From assembly GCF_036365525.1 (NCBI RefSeq), contig NC_090414.1, positions 23,376,721 through 23,440,720 on the forward strand: DNA of 64,000 nucleotides, in the 5' to 3' direction. This DNA is from Heterodontus francisci. Taxonomy: Eukaryota. This document shows positions 54,506-64,000 of the stretch, piece after piece. Under the pieces are notes generated by a model. It had not been told where the DNA came from and made no database searches. It saw only the letters and a list, made by a program, of their open reading frames with translations. Numbering within the stretch: the first letter of the stretch is position 1; each line of letters begins with the position of its first letter. A program made the translations under genes and the position numbers.

Positions 54506-54894
54506 GTAACTAGATAATAATCAAGACCAGGAACCTTAGCTGATTGTTTGCTCCACACCTGCCACCCCCACCCCTTCTTTTCATGTACTTGCTTATAGAC
54601 TGTTCAATCTCTAACTTCTTCCAGGCCTGATGAAAGGTCAAGGACCTGAAATGTTAACTCCGTTACTCTCATCACCTGACCAGCTGAATACTTTCAGCAT
54701 TTGCTGTTATTTTATTGTTTCCTGATTCGGGACACTGAAAGGAACTGGTAAACCACCCCCAGCCTCCTCCCACTCTTCTCCTGACTGAAAGGAAACATAT
54801 GGAACACGTTTAACCATTTAGAGTACTAAATTCTTGAGGTACCTTCTCCTTCAAGTTTATTTTGTTCTTTTAAATACAAAAATATATTACTGAC

Positions 54895-54996
54895 CTTGAG
54901 CAAAGTCTTTCCATGTCTGAATCTCATCAAGGATAACAAACCTTTCAGCTTTGTAGTAAATACGTCTCTCTGTGCGATCAATTTCCTCGAGATGCT
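54895..54996 (-). CDS. MACROD1: MACROD1 coding exon 2 (102 bp)
   Basis: Acceptor tttttctaataaag|AG and donor CAAG|gtcagt, phase 1-1. Reads KHLEEIDRTERRIYYKAERFVILDEIQTWKDFAQ, like human LSDKQREEHYFCKDFVRLKKIPTWKE. Splices in frame to exons 1 and 3. Confidence 0.9.
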
Positions 54997-55629
54997 CTTT
55001 ATTAGAAAAAAAGACAAAGAAAGAGGTTCTGTACTGTTGGCCCTGATTTTCCTCCAGGATTTTCCATTTCATGCCACATGTCCCACTCCTGACCATAAAC
55101 AGGCAATCAACCTATTCCAAGGCTTTAGCAATCTTTTGACAGTTCCTTCTATCTGCAGAAGCATGATGGCTCCAGTCAGACAGTCAAGATCACAAATTCA
55201 CAGGGGGCAACATATCCAACTGCTCCTGAGCACAATATACCAGTGAACAGTTCGTATGAGGACATAAGTTACTGCAAGTTGCAAACTGCAATCATCTACT
55301 TGTAAAAAAAATTTAAATATACCTGAGCTACATCTCTCATTTGACATACCCTAAACTCCAACAAACAGAAGTTGTGTCATGTATTTTATCCACTCTCTTT
55401 CCCTTCTTGCTAGGGGTACAGGTCCACAGGTGGCAGCTGCTCTGCAGTGGCTCAAACAGCCATTAATCTTTTTCTATTCATTCTTAGGACGTAGGCATCG
55501 CTGTAAAGTCTGGCATTTATTGCCCAACCCTAAACTGAGTGGTTTGCTGGGCCATTTCAGAGGGAAGTTGAGAGTTAACCAGATTGTTCTGAGTCTGGAG
55601 TCACATAGGCCAGACCAGGTAAGAACAGA

Positions 55630-55718
55630 AATATAAACAAGAAATGCTGGAAATACTCAGCAGGTGTGGCAGCATCTGTGGAGAGAAGCAGAGTTAACGT
55701 TTCGGGTCAGTGACCCTT
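55630..55718 (-). mobile_element. Short Penelope-like insertion in a SINE; other family copies at ~15105-15250, 22045-22135, 54560-54720, 59595-59805
   Basis: AGGGTCACTGACCCGAAACGTTAACTC...; 14-bp TSD CAGGTAAGAACAGA (55616-55629, 55719-55732). Confidence 0.75.
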
Positions 55719-57039
55719 CAGGTAAGAACAGATTTCCTTCCCGAAAGAACATTAGTGAACCAGATAGATTTTTATAATAATCCAATATTTTCATGGTCAC
55801 CGTTACTAATACTAGCATTTTATTCCAGAGTTATTTAGTTTAACATCTGTTGCTGCCACGGTGGGATTTGAACTCATGTCTCCAGATCATAAGTCTTGTA
55901 ACACAGCCACTATGCTACCATGCTCCTAAGTGCTAAGGGAGTGCGGACATACATATTTTTAATTCTTTCATGTGATGTGGGCATTGCTGGCAAAGCCAGC
56001 ATTTGTTGCCCATCCCTAATTGCCCTTGACAACTGAATGGTTTGCTGTGATTCTGGAGTCACATGTGGGCCAGACCGGGTAAGGACGGCAGATTTCCTTC
56101 CCTAAAGGACATTAGTGAACCAGATGCGTTTTTACAATGATCCATGATAGTAATAGTGCCATGAAGTTGAGACTGGCTTTCAATTCCATATTTATATTAA
56201 TTGAATTTTAATTCCACCAGCTGCCAGGGTGGGATCTGAACCCATGCCCCCAGGGCATTAGCCTGGACCTCTGGATTACTAGTTCAGTGACAATACCACT
56301 ACGTCACCATCTCCCCTATAGAACATAGAACAGTACAGCACAGTACAGGCCCTTCAGCCCACGATGTTGTGCCGAACCTTTAACCTACTCTAAGATCAAA
56401 CTAACTACCTACCCTTCATTCTACTATCATCCATGTACCTTTCCAAGAGTCGCTTAAATGCCCCTAATGTATCTGCTTCTACTTCCACCGTTGGCAGCGC
56501 ATTCCACGCACCCACCACTCTCTGTGTAAAGAACCTACCTCTGACATCTCCCCGAAACCTTCCTCCAATCACCTTAAAATTACTTGTACTCTAATTTGGA
56601 TTCAAATCCCTTCATTAAAGGAGCAATCTCTTCATGAAAAAGTTCTTTGCTTGAGGAGGTAAGATCGCCTGAAAAGCGATACATTTTGTCATGGTGCCAT
56701 AAGCGATTGGCTGATGCATTTCAATAAGATTTATGTCATTGCATTGTGCATTTCAAAACAATGGGGAAAAGACTAGATAATGACGTAATCATGAATATGA
56801 TGCACCATTAACATTTCAAGATTATGAAATATTTGTAATTCCAGTGTCTATGTATATAGTTTAGCTTAATCCTGCCCTCACCCCATTCAGCAAAAGTTGC
56901 CGGACATCAATCAGTGCTAGATGCCCTGGCCAATTTTTCTTCCCCAACCCAGAGCAACCTAGTGTCTTGCAGCACCACTAACCATTGCTCTGGCTGACGT
57001 TACAGCTAACTCAGTGTGAATGGGGACCAAACAAATGAC

Positions 57040-58550
57040 TTATCACACAATAAAATGTTTCCTTTACTGTATTTTAATATGTTCTTGAGACCAAGTGATA
57101 GTGTTCCACTTAGGTGCCCTGTTGTAGATTTTACTTTTGACTATTTCCATAAACTTTAAAAAGGTTCGGAGGGAGACAAAGAGGAAGGAAGGAGGAGGTG
57201 AACAGGTTGAGGAGTGTACATTAATTTTAAGCCAATTTTTGTTGATAGCACTGAACTTAATAGTTTAATAGTTCCAGTCAGGTTTTGACATTTTACTGTA
57301 AAGTAGTAAACGACATTGCTTTGTTAATGAATACAAGTTTTTTTATAAATATGCGAGAAGGCAAAAGGAGACTTCAGAGATTTGTTCCACAGAGCTTAAG
57401 CCTGTAACCAGATGGCGATAGTGTATATAGTGTTGAGTTTTTTTATTGAAAGCTTAGAATTGTGTGTTTTTAAAAACTGAGAAAAAGGATTTTTCTCTGA
57501 ACACTTAATGTTGAAATTTGGTGTTTGAACTGAATGACACAGACTGCAAGGCACCTGTTTCTAAATAATACAGCAGTGGGAAATGTCAGGTCATATGACT
57601 TGATTGTTGGAATTTTGGTCTCACTTTTGCATTGTGAAAGACCAGTGAGCTGAACAAGCAGCATGCAGTGAAATCTGACTGGGACCAGCTTGAAGACCAG
57701 AGAAAAGACCTACTCTCTATAAATAAAGACTTGCATCTCTTGGAAAGAAATCCTACATTTGAGGTGTGGCTGTGTTCTGCCTGGAGAGGGGAAAAGACCC
57801 CTGGAGAGAGGAGTTGCTACTCTCTGTCGAGGAAGATTGCTGTGCAGAGAGGAAGCCCTGCATTTGAAAGGTAGCAGATTCCTATTGCCTCCAGTCTCTG
57901 AAGAATCCCTACCTTGAGTGATTCCTGTTGTTTCTTGTGTTTTGGGAGGTCCTGAATCTCAAGAAAACTTCTATTGCTAGACTGCTACTTCAAAGCTCAA
58001 GCAGACCTGTTGCTACACCCTTTGCTGGAAGACCTGTGTGATGTCTGCTGCAGACCAATTGCCTTGAAAGCCAATCCATCACAGACTGTTCCACAACCTC
58101 ACCTGGAGAGAGTTCAAGTGGCATCTGACTATTCGACCCTGGGACACCTCACCTTACCGGAAACATCCTACCAGAACGTAATAAACTCAATTTTATTTTT
58201 TCCTTTTTATTCCTAAGAAACAGCTGTAAACCAAAACATACTTTTTTCCCAGTTAACCGTTTTTTTTCTCTAATGTATGTGTGTGTGCATGAGGGTTAGG
58301 AAGAGTAAGAATTTTGAAAAGGATCCTTTCAAATATAGAATTCTCATTATTGTTTAAGACTTAGTTTATTAATAAATAGATAATTTTGTTGTTGTTTAAA
58401 GAAACCTGGTTTGTGTGCTTTATTCTGGGGGACAAATATAGTGTTTAATTTGGCTATTCTCTGGTAGGTGGGAAACTTTACTGATATGCTGTGATCTGTG
58501 GAGTTGTGGGACTGAATTAACAGCGCATTACTCCCGCCTTGGTTATAATA
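57040..58550 (+). mobile_element. Probable long solo LTR (left boundary uncertain)
   Basis: 3' part resembles the 18118 LTR architecture: (TG)n tract, AATAAA at ~58371, AAAGAAACCTG, terminal TTATAATA resembling a TAACA end. No clear TSD. Confidence 0.45.
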
Positions 58551-58809
58551 GTAAAACTGAATGGCAAATGGCAATAGTGACCGTGATAGTAATCGTGACC
58601 TCTTGCCCTTCCCTGATTTCCGGTGCCTCACCATTGCCTTCAGCTGCCTAAGTCTTATTGTCTAGAATTCCCTCCTTAAACCCCTCTTTTCCTTTAAGAC
58701 ACTCCATAAAACATAACACTTTTACCAAACTTTTGGTCACCTGTCAAATATCTCTTTATGTGACTTGGTATCAAATGTTGAACTTTCAAAAGGCAACTGG
58801 ACATATGTA

Positions 58810-59470
58810 TGAAGAGGACTAATCCACAGCTGGAGAACTGTGTACAGTTCTGGTCACCACACTATAGGAAGGATGTGACTGCAATGGAGAGGGTGCAAAG
58901 GAGATTCACCAGGATGTTGCATGGGCTGGAGCATTTCAGTTATGAGGAGAGACTGGATAGGCTGGAGGAGTTTTCTTCAGAGCAGAGAAGGCTGAAGGGG
59001 GAACCTGGTTGAGGTATGCAAAATTATGAGGGGCATTGATAGGAAGAAACTTTTTTCCCTTAGCGGAACTGTCAATAACCAGGGGGCATAGATTTAAGAT
59101 TAGGGGCAGGAGGTTTAGAGGGGAGTTGAGGAAAAAGTTCTCACCCAGAGGGTGTTTGGAATCTGGAACACACTACCTGAAAGGGTGGTAGAGGCAGGAA
59201 CCCTCACGACATTTAAGAATTGGATGAGCACTTGAAACACCATAGCATACAAGGCTGCAGTCCAAGTGCAGAGAAATGGGATTAGTTTGGATGGGTGCTT
59301 GATGGTCAGCGCAGGCGCGTTGGGCCAAAGGGCCTGTTTCTGTGCTGTAAAACTCTATGACTCTATCTAATTTGCAGGGCGCTAGGGGAGGGGCATTAAG
59401 TTGAACAGCTCTTTCACAATTGGCACAGGCATGATGAGCTGAATGGCCTCCTTCTGTGCCGTCAAATTCT
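58810..59470 (+). mobile_element. CR1 LINE 3' fragment
   Basis: PQLENCVQFWSPHYRKDV...RRFTRML; tail GGGCCAAAGGGCCTGTTTCTGTGCTG. Confidence 0.85.
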
Positions 59471-60135
59471 AATGCTCCTGCATTCTCATGCTGCTGCAAA
59501 CTGTACTGGTGGAATATTTTTCTTCAGCTTCTGGCACTGTCTATTTAGTGACTTCTTCCCATAAATTGGGAGAACAAGACGTCAAATTTAGACACACAAA
59601 CAAGAAATGCTGGAACTACGCAGCATCTGTGGAGAGAGAAGCGGAGTTAACGTGTCAGACCAGTGACCCTTCATCAGAACTGACAGATATTAGAACTGTA
59701 AAAGGTTTTAAGCAAGAGGGGGAAAGCAAGAAATAATAAAAGAGAAAGTGTTGATATCGGACAAGGTCACAGAGAATAACTGACCAGAATGTCATGGAGC
59801 AAAGGCACCATTTTAGATAGCTTTGAGATGTGGCTACGATAGAGGGAACATTTTAACTAGGTTTTAAAGGCGCTATATAAATGCCACAACGTGTCAGAAA
59901 ATTGTGAAGCAAATGAACTGCAAAAAAAAATTATTGCCAACATACTGACGCGTTCAAAAAGGTCACCTTATAAAGACTGGTAGGAATAAGATTTAAAGTT
60001 GGACATTTCTGGGAAATATTTGGTCAACTTTACCTGTGACAGAGAAATAAATATTCTTGGAATTCCCCCCCCCAGTGGAAATATGTTTGTAAACTTGGAG
60101 CTTGTGTGTTTGTGGCAAGGGGCGGGGATACTTAC

Positions 60136-60466
60136 TTTTCGCCACTTTCCAGTCGGTGGTAGGGTAAGTGGGGTTAAACTCCTTGGAAGACATGCTGGCG
60201 GCCGACGTGGAAAAGGCTGCAGCCGCCGCGCTCGACGGCAGCAAGTGAGGGCGGCGGGGGCCCCGGCCGCCGGACAGTACCCAGCGCGCAGGCGTCGACC
60301 CGCCGGCCGCCGGACAGCACCCAGCGCGCAGGCGCCGGACCGCCGGCCGCCGCGACCGTTGGACCTGGTTCGAATCGGGCGTCGCGTGACAGCTGGCGCG
60401 CGCCCACTCCAACGGTCGCCCGGTCCAGCGCAGGCTCCGGCTGACCATGGCGACGAATTTCTCCAT
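60136..60466 (-). CDS. MACROD1: MACROD1 (ADP-ribose glycohydrolase) coding exon 1, with an Arg/Ala/Ser-rich mitochondrial-presequence-like N-terminus
   Basis: ATG at 60466 (alternative strong-Kozak GCCATGG at 60448). Translation ends ...FSTSAASMSSKEFNPTYPTTDWKVAK, like human STDWKEAK. Donor AAA|GTAAGT after 60136, phase 1. Lies in a CpG island. Confidence 0.85.
60263..60352. repeat. 40-bp tandem repeat (~2.2 copies) within MACROD1 exon 1
   Basis: CCGGCCGCCGGACAGyACCCAGCGCGCAGGCG recurs at 60263 and 60303; CCGGCCGCCG recurs again at 60343. Confidence 0.9.
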
Positions 60467-61299
60467 CGGCTCCGCTTCCGAAGCGTGTGTTGGGTGGGGG
60501 TTGCAAACTTGATTTTTTTTTCCCCTTTTTTTAAATCCCCCCTCCAAGTCGGTTGGTTGCAATATTGTTATTGTTGCGTTCTGCGCTTCAGGGGCCGAAT
60601 CTCGCAGCGAAGGAATTCTTCCGGGGGCATAACCTCCACCCAAAGATGGACCAATCAGAGAGGGGATGTGGATGGTAGGGGAGGGGATACCCGGCGCAGG
60701 GGCCTCTGGGATTTGTAGTTTTCTGCCCCTTCTTGGTTATCTGCCATATTTCAATGGATGCCCTTTCCACTGGCACAAAATACTAACTAAGAGCTTGTAG
60801 AATCATAAGATAGTCATGGGCCTTGTTTAAAACAAAACATTTATAGAGCACTGCTAAAGTAATAAAACGTCGCCAAGGCACTACTTCACAGGAGAGTAAA
60901 TCAAACAAAAATTTGATGCCAAGCCACGTAAGGAGATGTTAGGGCAGTTGGTGAAAAACTCGGTCAAAGAGATCAGTTTTGAGGAGGAGGAGGAAGGAAG
61001 GAGAGGTTTTAGCGAGGGGAATTCCAGAACCTATGGCCCAGGCAGCTGATGGAAATGGGAAGTTCTCAAGCTGCCAGAATTGGCGGAGCGTAGAAATTTC
61101 AGAGGGTTGTAGGGGCTGGAGAAGGTTACTGAGATCGGGAGGGGGAGGGGTGCATGGTGGGACTTTAACTCAAAGGATTGGAAATTTAAAATTGAGGCGT
61201 TAAAAGAGGAGACCTGAGTGTAGTTTTTTAAGTTGTTAATGGGTTTCATAGGATAGCAGTGGAGGGAATGTTTCGACTTGCGTGAGAATGCAAAACTTG

Positions 61300-62130
61300 G
61301 GGCCATAAATCCAAGATAGTTACTAATACATAGGGAAATAAGGAGGAATTTCTTTGCTCAGAGAGTGGTTAAGATGTGGATTGTGCGACCACAGGGAGTG
61401 AGTGAGGTGAGGTCAAATATGGGGGGGGGGCCACAGATTTAAGGTGATTGGTGGAAGGATTAGAGAGGACATGAGGAAAAGCTTTTTCACACAGAGGGTG
61501 GTGGGTGTCTGGAATTCACTGCCCGGATCGGTGATGGAGGCAGAAATCCTCAACTCATTTAGAAGGTACCTGGACCTGCACCTGAAGTGCTTTAACCTGC
61601 AAGGCTACGGACCAGGTGCTGGAAAGTGGGATTAGATTGGGCGGCTAGTTTTTTCAGCAGCTACATGATGGGCTGAATGGCCTCTTACTGTGTTGTAACC
61701 TTTCTATCGTTCTTCTCTATGGAATCACCTAGATGCTTTCAAAAGGAAATTAGGCAAGTACATGAAACAAAAAGGAATAGAAAGATATACTAAAAGACTG
61801 AGATGAGGTAGATTGAATAGGAGGAGACTCACATGGCGTATTAACAGCAGCACAGACTAGTTGGGCTGAGCGGCCTATTTCTGTGCTGTATATCCTATCT
61901 AATTCTCTAACACAGAAGGAGGCCATTTGGCCCATCCTGCTTACACCAGCTGTTTGTAAGAGCTATTCAATTAGTCTCATTCCCCTGCTCTTTCCCCAAA
62001 GCCCTGTAAATTTCCCCCCTTCAAGTATTTATCCAATTCCCTTTCCAAGTTATTATTGAATCTGCCTCTACCCTCTTAGGCAGTGTATTTCAAATAATAA
62101 CAACTCACCGTATAAAAAAAATTCTCATTC
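61300..62130. mobile_element. Cluster of CR1 3'-end fragments
   Basis: FFTQRVVGVWNSLP; several CR1 tails in both orientations. Confidence 0.7.
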
Positions 62131-62285
62131 CAAAAGTAAGATAGTGAGCTAGAGATAACAAATAAACTGAAAATGTATAATTGAAGGTTATTTGATTTTG
62201 TATTTCCTGCGCTTGTGTTTTAGATGATACAATTTAATACCATTTGCGAATGTGCATTTTGCCAGACATATAAGGGTCTCGACTA

Positions 62286-62745
62286 ACACCTAATCTGTAC
62301 TAATATAAAAGCAAAATACTGCGGATGCTGGAAATCTGAAACAAAAACAAGAAATGCTGGAATCACTCAGCAGGTCTGGCAGCATCTGTGGAAAGAGAAG
62401 CAGAGTTAACGTTTCGGGTCAGTGACCCTTCTTCGGAACCTAATCTGTACTAATGCTTTGTCTTTCAACACACCATTAACATATTGTTTGCCTTTCCTCC
62501 TTGACCTTTTGGTCAGCTATGTGGCCTTGTCCTATCTGCTCCTCCTTTGTTATCTCTTGTCCCAACCCCCGCCTCACTTGCTTATAACCTGTGACATTTC
62601 TATTATTTGTCAGTTCCGATGAAGGGTCACTGACCCGAAACGTTAACTCTGCTTCTCTTTTCACAGATGCTGCCAGACCTGCTGAGTGGTTCCAGCATTT
62701 CTTGTTTTTATTTCAGATTTCCAGCGTCCGCAGTATTTTGCTTTT
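62286..62745 (+). mobile_element. Penelope-like 3' fragment (pseudo-LTR) containing a nested inverted copy at 62305-62437
   Basis: Outer 18-bp TSD ATATAAGGGTCTCGACTA (62268-62285, 62746-62763); inner 17-bp TSD ACCTAATCTGTACTAAT (62288-62304, 62438-62454); hammerhead motif in both copies. Confidence 0.75.
62611..62648 (+). ncRNA. Minimal type-I hammerhead ribozyme motif (Penelope type)
   Basis: AGUU-CCGAUGA-A-GGGUC-ACU-GACCC-GAAA-CGUU-AACU: stem I AGUU/AACU, stem II GGGUC/GACCC, palindromic ACGU stem III. U4C core variant. Activity is not demonstrated. Confidence 0.65.
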
Positions 62746-63289
62746 ATATAAGGGTCTCGACTACTGATTTCGCACATACTCTGCTCTCAATTGCACAACA
62801 CTGAATGAAGGTCGAAATTTCCCCACGGTAAGGAAAATAATTCGGAGCACAGAGCAAGTCATCCCAGCAGCTAATCTTATTCACCTCTAGGTGAATGGTG
62901 AGAGGCAACTCGGAGCTAACCGCCAAGCCCCACCTTTATCCCTCAATCTGCAAAATTGTTTATTTGATCTCCTCTCATCTCATTGTGGTTTGTGGGATCT
63001 TGCTGTGCGCTTACTCCATAACAGTGACTACACTTCATAAGTACCTCATTGGCTGTAAGGATGTGGAAGTATTAATTCTTTAGTCCATGTGAAAATAAAT
63101 TGCCAAAGGGTGGGGAAGGAAGATGGGGGTATCGAGCCTGAGGTTAATTAAAACGTTTAAAAAATTCCAAGGTTCAAATTATTTTGCATGCATTTTCAAA
63201 TTTGCAAAGTGCACACCGAGCCAGGTATATAATTAGCTCTTAAAAAATGAACTGGCCCCCCTTAGTACAGCTCCAGAATGTCCCTCACC

Positions 63290-63790
63290 CCCGCCCCGCA
63301 TTTAAAACCTGTCAATCACTCAGTGATTGACGGCGGACGGAACCAATAGGGAGGCGGCAGGAGGTGGCAACCAATCGCAGGCCTACTTTGGCGCGGGGAG
63401 GCGGGGGGGGTGGTGGTTGGGCCTTACCTGCAGGGGCGCTGCCAGGCGGCGCGAGACGTCATTCAGACGTGGCTCGAAGCCTCTGATTTGTTGGCGGTTA
63501 ACCGTCACGGAGCCGGCGCTCTCTGGGGTGGGTGGGGAAACCGATTACTATTGGTCGCTGCCTCTTGATTGATAACGCCGCCCTGCCGCTTCTCGACCAA
63601 TGAGCGGCTTCCCTGGGCGGGATTTCCTCCCGGACAGTGATTGACGGGTGAGCGGGCCAATCATCAAAGAAAGAGGCCGAAAGCGGTGGCCAATGGGAGT
63701 GGGCGAGGGTGGGACGTCCGGCGCGGAGTTCTGGTAAGTTCGAGAAGGCGCATGGTGAGGTGCTGATGGATCAGACGAAGGTAATAGCAA
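63290..63790. promoter_or_regulatory. Second CpG-rich promoter with multiple CCAAT boxes, GC boxes, TALE (PBX/PREP) decamers and splice donors on both strands
   Basis: CCAAT at 63343, 63371, 63597, 63657, 63690 and ATTGG at 63550; TGATTGACGG at 63324 and 63638; CRE-like TGACGTC near 63455; minus donor CAG|GTAAGG at ~63428; plus donors CTG|GTAAGT at ~63733 and AAG|GTAATA at ~63780. Confidence 0.75.
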
Positions 63791-64000
63791 TTAAAATATC
63801 CAAACAACCCTTTTTAAAAATATAAAAAACAGTTCATTATCAAGTATAGAGTGGTCAGAAAATATTGTGAGTAGTTAGTTGTGATTTACATTCCAGTGAT
63901 TGATGGGGTGGAGCTCAATCGCATTAAAAGGATAAAATAATCTTTCAGAATGGACAAATAATCTTTCATTAACTTCTGATAAATTGTTCAGCTTCAATTT

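Larger units (their letters stand above)
60120..60725 (-). promoter_or_regulatory. CpG island / MACROD1 promoter with a ZNF143-THAP11 (ACTACAnnTCCCA) motif and a CCAAT box
   Basis: High GC and CpG content. ACTACAAATCCCAGAGGCC on the minus strand at 60701-60719; CCAATCAG at 60651. Confidence 0.75.

Noticed and set aside
59993-60643. 216-aa minus-strand ORF taken as a whole protein
   Set aside because: Only 60136-60466 fits MACROD1; the rest is read-through past the GTAAGT donor and upstream promoter sequence.
59999-60718. 239-aa plus-strand ORF over the CpG island
   Set aside because: Non-ATG start, low-complexity Arg/Ala/Pro content, antisense shadow of GC-rich MACROD1 exon 1; no recognisable domain.
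1-64000. CRISPR arrays, prokaryotic operons or viral genes; the many other 60-110 aa ORFs
   Set aside because: No regularly spaced repeat-spacer array or prokaryotic gene organisation. The remaining short ORFs are TE-derived or expected by chance.

Overview
Vertebrate genomic DNA, very probably from a shark or other cartilaginous fish (HE1/V-SINEs, SacSINE-like DeuSINEs, abundant CR1/L2). The window holds the 5' half of MACROD1 on the minus strand: a CpG-island exon 1 at ~60.1-60.5 kb, exon 2 at 54895-54996 and exon 3 at 33698-33814. The 3' part of the single coding exon of FLRT1 (1-1729, +) lies nested antisense in intron 3, as in other vertebrates. Unexpected items: (i) an intact, intronless RILPL2-like ORF nested antisense in MACROD1 intron 2; (ii) a 751-bp near-identical inverted duplication (V-SINE plus 410 bp of flank) bracketing MACROD1 exon 3; (iii) short Penelope-like insertions headed by minimal type-I hammerhead ribozyme motifs, with 14-18 bp target duplications; (iv) a decayed hAT transposon, both ends intact, whose N-terminus resembles CGGBP1 and whose CxxH motif is split by an RTE LINE; (v) a decayed Ty1/copia LTR retrotransposon (probably GalEa clade) plus a related solo LTR; (vi) a 40-bp non-triplet tandem duplication inside MACROD1 coding exon 1; (vii) a second CCAAT/TALE-motif-rich, apparently bidirectional promoter at ~63.3-63.8 kb. 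All calls come from reading the sequence and recalling family motifs; no database searches were run, and repeat boundaries are approximate unless a TSD is given.
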